DNA of 64,000 nucleotides, taken from Parvularia atlantis (Eukaryota). Positions within the stretch are counted from its first letter, which is position 1. Each line of letters starts with the position of its first letter. The notes beneath the pieces are model-generated. The model did not search any database. It was not told where the DNA came from and worked only from the letters and a program-made list of their open reading frames with translations. Made by a program: the position numbers and the translations under genes. Shown here piece by piece: positions 13,171-25,420 of the stretch. The stretch lies in NCBI GenBank assembly GCA_943704415.1, contig CALSCO010001524.1:1-64000 (forward strand), written 5' to 3'.

Positions 13171-16053
13171 TCAAATGGAGAACGTGGAGCCCGCCGGCGG
13201 CAAGAGCAGCGCGATCAGCTTCTGGCTGCCCTGCTCGAGCGCGATGTCCGCCGGCCGCTGCCCCGCCGCGTTGCGCACGTCCAGCCGCGCCTCGCGCTTG
13301 ATCAAGAACGTGACCGCGGCGTCGTCCCCGCGCAGCGCGGCATGGTGCAGTGGCGTGTTGCCGCGCCGGTCGGGCAGGTTCAGGTCCGCGCCGTTCTGCG
13401 ACACACGGCAGCGCGTCAGCCCATCGGCCGGCACGTGTGCGCGCGTGCGGGTCACGCACCAGCAGCAGAAACTCGGCCATCGCCGCAAAGCCGTCGCGCA
13501 CGGCCACGTGCAGTGCCGCCAGCCCGCCCGACTGCGCCGGCCGCGCGACCATCGGCGTCACGGGCGTGTCGTGTGTGAACCACTTATCGGCGTCGGACAC
13601 GGTCAGCGCCAGGCGTCCGGGCACGGACGAGGCCGAGGTAGACAGCAGCGACGGCGGGCCCGGCGACGCGGGCGACTCGTCCGTGTCACTGTCGTCCTGT
13701 GGCTCGTCGTACGTCGCTAGCAGGTCGTCCGTGTCCTCGTCCGCCAGCCCGTTGACGTCGGCGCCCCAGACGAGCGCCCGCAGCGCCCCGGCCAGGTCGT
13801 CGCGCGCCGTCGCGCGCACCAGCACCTTGAGCGGCACGACCGTCTCGTCCGCCGGCTCGGCGAGGGCGTGCGCGGCGTACTTGGCGGTGATGTACTTGGC
13901 CTTGTCCTCGCGCGTCGCCGTCGGGAGCGGCTTCTCGATCTCGACCGAGCGGTACTCGAGGATCGAGTTGGTTGTGGCGTTGCCCAGGCCGCGGAAGACC
14001 CCGAGCACCTCGGGCGTCCAGCTGACGGAGTCGAGCGTGATCGAGCGCATCTTGGAGATGTGCGTCCCGAGCGAGCGGTGGATGCCCGAGCAGCCTTGCG
14101 GAGGCGGCTGGTCAGCGCGCGCGGCTCACGCAGCCGGCGGCAGCGGGGCGCACCGATGCACACGAGCACACCCAGGTTGATCGAACCCCACTCGGGGTTC
14201 TTAGTGCCGCAGTCGGCGCACAGCTCGTTCGACGGGTCCTTGGTCAGCTCGCGCCGCACCCGGTTCTCGTCCGCGGGCTGCGGCGAACCCACGGGCAGCG
14301 TCTGGAACGACATGCGCCGGTTGAGCGAGAGCTGCACGGCCTTCTGCACGACAGAAATCCACGAGCTCATGTCGTCCCGCGACAGCGCCTGCCGAGAGCG
14401 TCAGTGTGACAGACAGCGCGCGCAGACAGCAGCAGCGCACCTGGTACAGCCGCTTGGACTGCGGCGAGATCAGCTCGAAGCAGAAGCGCCGCTCCGACTT
14501 GAGCGCCTCTTTGACCATCGTCGTGCGCAGGTCAATCGAGACGCCGCTGTCGGGGCAGGGTCGGTCAGCGGCCTGGCGCACGGGCACGTGGCACAGAATG
14601 CAGCACGCACTTTTTGATCTTCGAGTCCGGCTTCCAGTGCGCGTACTCGTGGAACATGCCGTCGTCGACGACGACCCACACCTTGCGCCACTCACGCCAG
14701 TTGCTGCGCGGCACACGTGGTGAGCGCACCGTGCAGCACGCGCTGCCGCAGTGCGCGGTGGCACCTGTGCTTCGTGAAGAGGAAGCCCTGTTTGTTGTCG
14801 CTGATGTCGGCCACATTGTCGACGAGCACGAGGTCGCGGATGCCGCGGAACTTGCTGACGCTGTTGCGGTGGCTCTGCGCCGTGAGCGTGATCATCTTCT
14901 CGGCGGCCACGTGCGACGCGTGCTCAATCATCTTGCGCGTGTCCTGCCGCTCCTGCAACCACGGCGGTCAGCGCGCATCGCGTCCGTGTATCTGCACGTG
15001 CCTTGATCCAGTTCTTGATCTCGGAGAACGACGACGACACGCTCGCGTTGAGCTCGTCCAGCTCGGGCTTGTTGGCCTCGATCAGCTTGGCGCACTTGTT
15101 GTAGTAGGCCGCGTGCTTCTCGGCAAAGCTTGAGACGTGGTACAGCACCTCCTGCTCCTGCGAGCGCGCGTGCGCGGTGCGTGTGTGAGCCAAGCTGCGG
15201 CCGCGGCCGGTGCCGCGCGCACCTTCTTGAAGTGCAGCTCCTCCAGGTTGGTCAGGTAGTCGAAGCGCTGGATGTTGTACGCGCCGCGGCGCTGCAGGAA
15301 CTTCTCGTCGGTCTTGCGCAGCTTGGTCTCCTTGGCATCGCGCATGGTCGCGAGGTACTTCTCGAGGTGTGCGTTGTACTCGTTGCTGTTCTGGTCAAAG
15401 CCCTTCTTCTTCTCCTCGAGCGCCTGGAGGTCGTTGGCGTAGATCTTCTCGAGCGGCTCGAGCAGGAGGCTCTGCAGCTGGTGGTGGAACGCACGCTTTG
15501 CCTCCTGCAGCTTGCCGAAGACGCGCTCGAGGTACTGCACCGCCGGCGCCATCGTCTCGAGCGCGCGCAGGCTGTCGACGAGCTCGAGCGCGGCCGGGTC
15601 GACCACCTGGTCCTGCTCGATGAACGTGCCGGCGGCCTTGATGATCTGCTTAAGTTTGGTGCGCAGGCCGAGCGCGCCGCGCTCGAGCTCCTCAATCGTC
15701 GCGCGGAACACGGGCCCGTCCTGCAGTCCCTCGTCCAGCGGCGCCGTGAGCTCGTTGGTCTCGAACACACGCGACGAGCGCTTGCCGCTCATGCTGGCCT
15801 GCCGCGCGCGAGGTGCGCCGCCGCCGCTGCCGCCGCCGTCGCCGGGGTTGAGCGGCGCGTAGGTCGTTGTCGTTGTCGCGCTGCTGCTGTTGCCGGTGCT
15901 GGTGCTCGTCGCGGCCGTCGGGGTGGGCGGCGCGTAGGTCGGCGGCGCGGGCGCGGAGGACGAGGGCGCGGAGGACGAGGGCGCGGAGGACGAGGGCGCG
16001 GAGGACGAGGGCGCAGAGGACGAGGGCGCGGAGGACGAGGGCGCGGACGCCAT
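13171..16053 (-). CDS. ArfGAP with BAR, PH, ArfGAP and ankyrin domains (ACAP/centaurin-beta-like)
   Basis: [15 protein letters not shown] (BAR start), [26 protein letters not shown] (PH), [40 protein letters not shown] (ArfGAP Zn finger), GNTPLHHAA (ankyrin). Confidence 0.93.
15950..16046 (-). repeat. Coding 15-bp minisatellite (SAPSS) x about 6 at the ACAP N-terminus
   Basis: Tandem GAGGACGAGGGCGCG units on the + strand. Confidence 0.9.
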
Positions 16054-16191
16054 CGTGGATCACCGGTGACCGCGACTCGGCGCAAACTGAGAAAACCCGA
16101 GCTGCAGCGCAGCAGCAGCAGTCGGCCCCCAACGTGCAAAAACCCGAGCTGCCGGCCGCCCGCACAGTTCGACGCCAGTCCCCCGACGACC

Positions 16192-19100
16192 ATGGTGCGC
16201 CCTCTTGTCGGCGTGGCGCCGTCGCCGCTGACCGCGCGCCCTCCCTCCCCGACCGCGCCACCGCCGCCCAGCCGCTGCGTCTGGACGTCAAGGTGCGGCG
16301 TGCGACGCACATACCTCTCGCGCCAGTGCCGTCACTCACAGCCCCGCGCGCGCGCGCCACGCAGCGCAAGCTCTCGGCGCGGTCCGACCGCGTCAAGTCG
16401 GTCGACTTCCACCCGAGCGAGCCGTGGGTGATGGCGTGCCTGTACAACGGCAACGTGTTCATCTGGAACTACGAGAACCAGAGCCTCGTCAAGACCTTTG
16501 AGATCACCGAGCTGCCCGGTGCGCGGCCGCCGTGTGAGAGACGGGACAGCGCCTCATTCGCACGCGCCGCCTCAGTCCGCGCCGGCCGCTTCATCGCGCG
16601 CAAGAACTGGCTCGTCACGGGCTCGGACGACATGCAAGTGCGCGTGTTCAACTACAACACGCACGAGAAGGTCACCACGTTCGAGGCCCACACCGACTAC
16701 ATCCGCTGTATCGCCATCCACCCGACCCAGCCCTACCTCCTCACCTCGTCCGATGACATGCTCATCAAGCTTTGGGACTGGGAGAAGGGCTGGAAGAACG
16801 TGCAGGTGCGCGGCCGCTGCGCGCGGAGAGGGGGAGCCCGCGAGCTCACGCGCGGAGTAGGTCTTTGAGGGCCACAACCACTACGTGATGCAGGTCGTCT
16901 TCAACCCGAAGGACACCAACACGTTCGCGAGCGCGTCGCTCGACCGCACGATCAAGGCACGCGCACTCGCACGCACGGGGAGGTGCACGGGCCGCGCTGA
17001 CGCTGACGCCGCGCGCAGGTCTGGAACATCAGCTCGGCCGTGCCCAACTACACGCTCGAGGGCCACGAGAAGGGCGTCAACTGCATCGACTACTACCAGG
17101 GCGGCGAGAAGCCGTATCTCGTCAGCGGCGCCGACGACAAGTGCGCGCGCCGCACCCGCACGCTGCCCGGCTGACCGCGTTCGTGTGCGCTGCAGGCTCG
17201 TCAAGGTCTGGGACTACCAGAACAAGGCCTGCGTGCAGACGCTGGACGGGCACGTGCAGAACGTCTCGGTCGTGGCGTTCCACCCCGAGCTACCGATCAT
17301 CATCAGCGGCTCGGAGGACGGTGCGCCGCCTCTGCGCGCAAGCACAACCGTGCCCCGGCTGACATGCTCCCGCAGGCACCGTGCGGATATGGCACGCCAA
17401 CACGTACCGCCTCGAGAACACGCTCAACTACGGCCTCGAGCGCGTCTGGGCCATCTCGTGCCTGCGCGGCTCGAACGACGTCGCGCTCGGCTACGACGAG
17501 GGCAGCATCGTGATCAAGGTGCGCGCGCCGTCCACCGACGCGTGCTCGTGCCTGATGCGCCCGTGCGCGCGCAGCTCGGCCGCGAGGAGCCCGCCGTGAG
17601 TATGGACGGCAGCGGCAAGATTATCTGGGCGCGGCACAACGAGATCCAGACGGTCAACACCAACTACCGCGCCTCGCCCGGTGCGCGCGCGGCCGCTCGC
17701 ACCGGGGGCGCTCGTGCTCACGCTCCGCCGACCGCGCAGACGAGGAGCTGCCCAAGGACGGCGAGCGCCTGCCCGCGCCCGTCAAGGAGCTCGGCAGCTG
17801 CGAAATCTACCCGCAGACGCTGCAGCACAACCCGAACGGCCGGTGCGCGCCGCTCGCCGACGTGCGTCACGCCTGCATCACTCATGACCCGCCAGTTTTG
17901 TCGTCGTGTGCGGCGACGGCGAGTACATCATATACACGGCGCTGGCGTGGCGTAACAAGAGCTTTGGCAGCGCGCTCGAGTTTGCCTGGGGCGCGGACGC
18001 CAACGAGTGCGTGCACGTGCTCGTCCGCCATGTGCGCCCTGACCGCCGCGCACAGGTACGCCGTGCGCGAGAGCACGTCCAAGGTGAAGGTATTCAAGAA
18101 CTTCAAGGAGAAGCACACGGTCAAGCTCTCGTTCTCGGCCGAGGGCATTTTTGGCGGCGTGTGCCTGTGCGTGCGCTCGGGCAACTTCCTCTGCTTCTAC
18201 GACTGGGAGAAGACCAAGATGATCCGGCGCATCGACGTCACGCCCAAGAATGTGCGCCGACGGCTGCGCGCCCACGCTCCCGCCGCTCGTGCCGCTCATG
18301 CGCCCCGCTGCAGGTGTTCTGGTCCGAGACGGGCGACCTGCTCGTGATCGCGTGCGAGGGCTCGTTCTACGTGCTCAAGTACAACAGCGAAGCGGTCGAG
18401 GCCAAGCTCGCGGCGGCCAACGAGGAGGACGGCGTGGAGGAGGCGTTCGAGGTGCTCTCGGAGCACCAGGAGACGTGCGTCCACCGCGCGCCAGCGGCGA
18501 CGGCATTGACAGCGCGCGCGCGTGCACCCGGTGGGCAGCGTCCGTACGGGCTGCTGGACCGGCGACTGCTTCATCTACACCAACACGGCCAACCGGCTCA
18601 ATTACTACGTCGGCGGCCAGATCAACACCGTCTCGGTGTTTGACCGGTGCGCGCTCCCATGCGGTGCGGAACGCACGTGCTGACCGGCCCCGCCGCGCGC
18701 AGCACGCTCTACCTGCTCGGCTACGTGCCGAAGGACGACCGCGTGTACCTGGTCGACAAGGACCTGAACGTCGTCAGCTACTTTCTCGCCCTGGCTGTGC
18801 TCGAGTATCAGACGGCGATCCTGCGCGAGGACTACGATGTCGCCGACCAGCTCCTGCCCAAGATCCCCGCCGAGCAGCGCAGCAAGATCGCGCGCTTCCT
18901 TGAGGCGCAAGGTGCGTACGCGGCGGTTGCGCTTGCGTCGGCTGACAGCGGCGCGCGCGCGCGCACAGAGCTCTTTGAGCAGGCGCTGAGCGTGTCGACC
19001 GACCTCGAGCACCGCTTCGAGCTCGCGATGCAGCTCAGGAAGGTGCGGCGGCCGTCGCACAACTGTCGGATGCTCACGCCACGGCACAGCTCGATGTCGC

Positions 19101-20277
19101 GTTTCAAATAGCGCTCGAGTCGGGCTCCGAGGGCAAGTGGCGGCAACTCGCGGACGCGGCGATGGTCGACTGGAAGGCATGGCGGTGCTGTTTGTGCGTA
19201 CGCTATCTCGCTGACATGCTCGACCAGATCAAGCTCGCCGAGGACTGCATGCGCCGCGCCAACGACGTCTCGGGCCTGCTCATGCTCTACAGCTGCACGG
19301 GCAACGCCACGGGCCTGCAGGGCCTCGCCAAGCACACGGGTGCGCGTCTGGCCATGCGGTAGGACAGGCCACTGAGTGCGCGCCGCAGCGTCGAGCGGCA
19401 AGTTCAACATCAGCTTCGTGTGCGCGTTCTTGCTCGGTCAGCTGGACGAGTGCGTCAACCTGCTGGTCGAGTCGAAGCGGTTGCCCGAGGCGGCCTTCTT
19501 CGCGCGGACATATGTGCCGAGGTGCGTCGTGGCGCATGCGCAGCGGCTGCGGGCGGGCGCGGGCGACTGTGACGATGGGTTTGCCGGGATCCTGCCAAAC
19601 ACCCGGCGCGTGTGGCGACGCTACACCGTGGGCCGTAACATTCTTTACACTTTGACATTCTCCGAGTCGCTCTCCGCCCTCGTTCTCCTGCGCCACACCT
19701 CGTCGCGCTGCCCGCTGACGGCCCTGCCCGTCGCCGCCAGCCGCATGTCGGAGGTCGTCAAGCTATGGCGCGACGACCTCGGCAAGACGCACCGCAAGCT
19801 GGCCGAGGCCCTCGCAGACCCGTCCGAGTACCCAAACCTCTTCCCGGACCTCGAGGCCGTGCGTGCGGCGCGCCTCAAAGGGGCGTCGTGCTCACCGCGC
19901 TCGCGCAGGTGCTCAAGGGCGCGCACGGCGAGAACGGCGAGGAGTTTGAAGACGCGGTCGAGGAGGACGTCGAGGAGGGTGACCTCGGAGAGGACGGGGA
20001 CGAGACCGTCGAGACGCCGGCGACGACCGCGTCGGTCACCGCAGCGCCGCTCTCGGCTAAGCCGGCCGCCGCAAGCCCGGCCGCCGCAAGCCCGGCCGCC
20101 GCAAGCCCGGCCGCCGCAAGCCCGGCCGTCGCAAGCCCGGCCGCCGCCGCCGCTGCCTCGCCCGCGGACGACGAGAGCTTCACGGCCGACAGCCCAACCG
20201 CGGCCAGCCCAGCCGCCAATAAGGGCCTCGAGGACGCCGACGATGACCCCGAGCTCGACGAACTCCTGAATTCATAG
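16192..20277 (+). CDS. COPB2: Coatomer subunit beta' (beta'-COP/Sec27)
   Basis: First coding exon is ATG only, then [30 protein letters not shown]40 repeats, [63 protein letters not shown], acidic tail. Confidence 0.97.
19563..19670 (+). ncRNA. Intronic box C/D snoRNA candidate with LSU (25S/28S) rRNA antisense guide
   Basis: Lies in a 219-nt intron (19522-19740). Terminal stem GCGAC (19563-67)/GTCGC (19666-70), box C-like GTGACGA (19569-75), box D-like CCGA (19662-65). Guide CACTTTGACATTC (19648-60) is the reverse complement of the conserved LSU sequence GAATGTCAAAGTG. Confidence 0.8.
20063..20165 (+). repeat. Coding 15-bp minisatellite (AAASP) in the beta'-COP tail
   Basis: Tandem GCAAGCCCGGCCGCC units. 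Confidence 0.85.
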
Positions 20278-20407
20278 ACGGGGGTGCAACGGGGCGTATG
20301 CCTTCTGTCTGTGTGAGCTGTGGCCTGGGGGGTGCAAGTGCTGCCCAACGACGCGCTGCTGGTATTTTTTTGTCTTTTTCGCTTTTTACAACTTGCAGGC
20401 GGGGGAT

Positions 20408-23228
20408 TCAGTCGCTTTCGGACGACGACGAGCTATCGCTGTCGCTGTCGTCGCTCCCGGACGACGAAGAGGATGACGAGGAAGACAACGCGTCGTCGCG
20501 CTTCTGCGCGATGATCTTGGGCACGTTGCGCAAATGTTCGCGCAAATCGTCGCTGGTGCACAGGCATTGTAAGTCCACCGCAGCGAGCAGCCAGCGCGAG
20601 CACAAGCGCGCACGTAAGACCGCCGAGGCCGATCGACGTGAAAAAGTTGATGGCAAAGCGCGTGTCGCGCGGGTTGCCCTTTGGCAGCAGGTTCGCAAAG
20701 TGCTCGCGCATCGACACGTCCATGAGGCGTTCGTTCGTCTTCTTCAGCCTGCGCCAGCGTGCCCAGCGTGCTCAGCCAGCCTGCCGCGTGTGCCCGCGCC
20801 ACGCGAGGCCGCACCCAAGGTACTCGACAATCTCCTGGAAGAGGATCTTGACAAAGATGCGCGACGACGCCGTCGTGTCGTTCTCGTTCAGGCTGATGAT
20901 CTGCGCGGCGCGGCGTCGGCACAACCGGCACACACGAGCGGTCTCGTGCGGCCGCGCACTTGCATCACGCCCCAGCTAATGGCGTCCGAGCTAAGCAGGT
21001 GCGCGAAGAACTTGGCCGTGTTGCGCAGGCTGCGGTCAGGCACGGTGGCGGCGTAAGCAAGCGCGCACAGGCCACACGCGCCGCGGCCGCCACGCACGCG
21101 CCCGTCTCGAGGCGGTGCACGGTCGTGTAGCGGTCGTCAAACAGCTCCTCAAAGCACGCCTGCCAGACGCGCTGCAGCAGACATAGCCTGCGCCGCAGCG
21201 TTAGACGTGGTCGCCGTCGATGTGTGCGCAGCGCGAACCTCTGCCCGAGCAGGCCGTACGACTTGATGTACGTGCGCTCCTGCGAGCAGCACTCGAGGAT
21301 CATTGCTGAAAAATGCGGCTCCTGGCCAGGCACGTTGTTGAGCTTGAGGATCTGCGCCGTGTGTGGGTGTGTGTGTGAGCATGCGGGGCCGTTCAGCGGG
21401 TCGGCGCGCGCTGTGCCTTGTGCGCAGCCTCCTCAAAGCTCGCCGACGACATCATCGTCAGGTAGATGGTGCGGCGCAGGTTGATCAGGTTCGTGTTGGT
21501 CATGTCCTGGATGCGCATCTGCTCCTCGGCCTTGGCGGCCTCGCTCGCGGCGCCCTGGCGCACGGGTCGTCATCAGCCCCACGGTGCCGCACGTGCACGT
21601 CGCACGCGCACCTGGTCGTCCGCGTCGTCCTCACCCTCGTCGTCCGCCGCCTCGCCGTTCTCGATCTCCTCGCCCTGCAGCGCGGCCGGTGCGCCGTCAG
21701 TGCCGTACGTGCGCGGTAGCCACGCGCACCAGAATCTCGGTCTTGATCTCCTTGTACTTGGCCTCATTGTCAAGGTAGTCGGGGTCGTACCGGAAGATGT
21801 CGAGCATCTCCTCGACGTCGATCTCGTCGTCCAGCGAGACGTTGTGCGTGATTTGCTCCTCCTGCGGTTGCAAGCCACGGTGTCACGCACACGCACACGC
21901 ACGGCCGCGGGCACCGCTCGCAACCGCACCTCTTCAACGATGTCGAGCTCGGGCGGGATCGACGGGTGCTCCTTGAACTTGTCTTTGCGCAGCTGGAACA
22001 GCACTTCGATCATGTACTGCACACTGCATGCACACCAGCGCGTGAGCGCGACCACAAGCAGCCGGGCGGGCGACAGCGCACCGCTTGTCGATCTGGCCCT
22101 CGTGCAGGATCGTGCGAAAGCGCTCGAAGATGGCGTGCGTGCCCTTGACGGTCACCTCGGACAAAAACTGCCGCGCCGCACACACACACACACTCTCAGC
22201 CTGCGCTCGCGCGACGCGGCGCAGCACGGCGCAGACACGTACCGCGCCGACTTCGCGCATGAAGCCGACGGCAATCTCGACCGAGTCGTCCGTGGGCCTG
22301 CGCCCGCGTCGTCAGCATGACGCGCAGCGCAACGATGAGGCGCCGCACCGCTCGAGCAGCAGCGTGAGCGTTTGCAGCGCGACGATCTCGTGCGCGACGC
22401 GCTGGTTGACGAGGTGCGCGATGAACTTGCCGGAGGCGAGGCACACGGCCTTGTCGTTGCGGCGGTACGCGCGGCGGAACTGCGACTGCGGTGCGTCCAG
22501 CGCGTCAGCGCGAGCGGTGCGTCCACATGGTGCCGACGCACGAGCAGGCGCTTGAGCACGAGCTCGCCGTTGGCCGGAATCTTGGTGTTGACGACGGCGA
22601 CCATCGCGGCATAGACGGGCGTGAAGAGCGGCGCGGCGGCCTACGTGCAATTGCGCGCGATGTCAGCCACACCGTCAGCGCCAGCATCGACGACGCGACG
22701 CGCCTGCGCCTTCATGGCCGAGCGCGCAAACAGGCCGCGCCCGCGCACGAGGTTCTCGCCGAAGAGCTCGGGGACGAGGTTCTTGATGTTGCCGTTGTTG
22801 ATCTGTGAACGCGTTCCTCGTGGTCAAGAGCAATCGGAGCCGTGCAGCGGCCGCGCCTTGTTGATCAGGCCGTTGATGCTCTTCTTGAGCGCGTCCCACG
22901 TCAGCCGCTGATACTCGGCGCTCGACGGGTCCTGCACGTCCTTCATCATCGCCGCGAGCTTGGCCGGGGGGATGTAGACGCCGCCGGCCCGCCCCAGGTT
23001 CTTGCCGGCGCCGAGGTCGCTCCCGGGCGGCTTGCTGGGGCCCATCTTGTCCGCTGCGCCGCTGCTGCTGCTGCTGCCACCGCCCGTCTCGTTGCTGCGC
23101 GCCGCGTCCGTGTCGTGGGCGGCGCCGTCAGCCGCCGCGCCGTCCGCGTGCCGCGCGCGCTTGGTGCGGCGCTCGTCGTCGTCGCTGCTGCTGTCGCCGC
23201 GCGCCATGCTGTCACCCGGGCGAAACAT
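20408..23228 (-). CDS. CWC22: Pre-mRNA splicing factor CWC22 (MIF4G + MA3)
   Basis: [91 protein letters not shown]. Alternative start at 23207. Three GC-AG introns. Confidence 0.96.
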
Positions 23229-23285
23229 GAGCTGCCGCGCTGCCGTTCAAACCTGTGCTGGCCCCGGAAACGCCCGTCACCCAAG

Positions 23286-25203
23286 ATGCTGCAGTGCTGC
23301 GGACGCGCCGTCAAGGCCGTGCTCGCGCCCCCACGGCAGCAGCAGCAGCAGCAGCAGCGACGTGTGCCGGCGATCCGGGACGTGCTCGGGCCGGCACGCG
23401 TGTTTGTGACCGACCCGCGCGACGACGGCGGGCGACGATGCGAGGAGGACGGCGCCCCGAGGGCGTGGACGGCGACGCGGCCGCCCGCCGCGGCGAGCGA
23501 CGTGCGTGTGGGCGATGCGACGCGGCAGAGCGTCGACGGCTTCGGCATCGCGATGACGCAGGGCAGCGCGTACGTGCTGCGCCAGGGCCTCGGCGAGGCG
23601 GTGCGCGCGGCGCTGATGGACGAGCTCTTCGCGCCCGACGGCGACGCGGGCCTCGGCCTGTCAGTGCTGCGCGTCGCGCTGGGCGCGTCCGACCTGAGCA
23701 TGCGCTGCTACTCGTACCAGGACTTCCGCGTCGGCGCGATCGGCTCGCGCGCGCCCGTGCCCGGCAGCTTTGTGCGGCTGCAGGCCGTCGCCAACGACCG
23801 CTTCGTCACGTCGAGCGGCGCGGGGGCGACGCCGATGGTCTGCGACCGCGCCACGCCCTCGGCCTGGGAGACGTTCGAGGTCGTGGCCACGGGCGCGGCC
23901 GAGCACGTCGCCCTGCGCTCGTCCGACGGCCTCTTCGTGACCGCGACGTCGCCCATGGTCTGCGACCAGCCCAGCGTCGGCCCGGCCGAGACGTTCGAGT
24001 GGGTCAGCGTCGGCGCGGACGGCAGCGGCCAGGTGCAGCTGCGCAGCGTCGCGAGTGGGCTGTACGTGAGCTGCGAGGACGGGACGGCGCCGATGACGTG
24101 CAACCGGGCCCAGCCGGGCGCGTGGGAGACGTTTGTCGCGCACACGGCCGAGTTCAGCCTGGACGGGCCCGACCTGGCCGACGTCGTGCCGCTCGTGCGC
24201 GAGGCCCTGCGCATCAACCTGGCGCTCAAGATCCTCGCGACGCCGTGGAGCGCGCCGTCGTGGATGAAGAGCAACCTGGCGTGGATCGGCGGGTCGCTGC
24301 AGCCGTCGTACTGGCGGGCGTACGCGACATACTTCAGCAACTACATCGCAGGTGCGCGGCGTGCGTGCGTGTGCGCTTGGCTGTTGCGCTGAAGGCACGC
24401 GTGCGCTCACAGCCATGGCGCGCGAGGGCATCGCCGTGTGGGCGGTCACGCCACAGAACGAGCCCGAGAACCCGTACAACGAGCCGAGCATGCTCATGAG
24501 CGCGAGCGAGCAGGCCGCATTCATCGACAGCCACCTCGGCCCGACGCTACGCGCGGCCGGGCACGGCGCCGTGCGCATCATCTGCTTCGACCACAACTGC
24601 GACAACACGGCGTACCCGGTCAGCGTGTGCCGTGCAAGCGCGTACGTGGACGGGGCCGCGTTCCACCTCTACGCCGGCTCGATCGACGCCATGGGCGAGG
24701 TGCACGAGGCCACGGGCAAGAACGTCTACTTCACGGAGCAGTACACGGGCGCGCCCGGGTTCGGCTCGTTCGGGCCAGACTTTGCGTGGCACGTGCGCAA
24801 CGTGATGATCGGCTCTATGCGCAACTGGGCCCGCGCCGCGCTCGAGTGGAACCTGGCCACGGACGCCGAGTACGGCCCGCACACGCCGGGCGGGTCGAGC
24901 AACAGCCAGGGCGCGATCACCGTGCTCTCGCCGACGACGTTTACGCGCAACGTGTCGTACTACATCCTGCGCCACTTTGTGCGCTTCGTGCGGCCTGGCG
25001 CCGCACGCCTCGACAGCAGCACGCCGCAGCCCGCGCTCGTGGACCACGTCGCGTTCGTCTCGGCCGACCAGCGCTCCTTCGTCGCGGTCGTGCACAACCT
25101 GCAGCAGGACGCGGCGCTGGCCGTCGCGCTTGAGCACCAGGGCCAGTATGTGCAGGTCGACCTCGCGCCTCATGGGGCAGCAACGGTCGTGTGGACACTG
25201 TAG
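23286..25203 (+). CDS. Glycoside hydrolase family 30 (subfamily 3-like, endo-beta-1,6-glucanase type) with an internal fascin-like beta-trefoil
   Basis: QSVDGFGIAMT, GLGLSVLRVALGASDLS, LKILATPWSAPSWMK, acid/base TPQNEP, IICFDHNCD, AFHLYAG, nucleophile YFTEQ, LEWNLA, YYILRHFVRFVRPGA. Single intron 24352-24412. Confidence 0.92.
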
Positions 25204-25420
25204 ACTGAAAGGAAGACTTGGTGAAGACAGAAAGACAAAAGACAGGCGGGGAGCGGGCAGGGAGCGGTGTCCCGAGGGCTGTGCGTGCAGGGCGCAAAAA
25301 CAACGTCAAAGATGAACAAAGACGAAGACGAAGACGAAGACGTGTGCCCCTTTCTGCTTGGCGATGGGAGGGTCGTCAGTGCCGGCTGCCGCCTCGACTG
25401 GATGCTCTCGTGCGGGAGGC

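Noticed and set aside
15950..16046. Regular 15-bp repeats here, at 20063-20165 and at 63147-63206 as CRISPR-like arrays
   Set aside because: Head-to-tail units with no spacers, in frame within low-complexity protein tails, and no cas genes.
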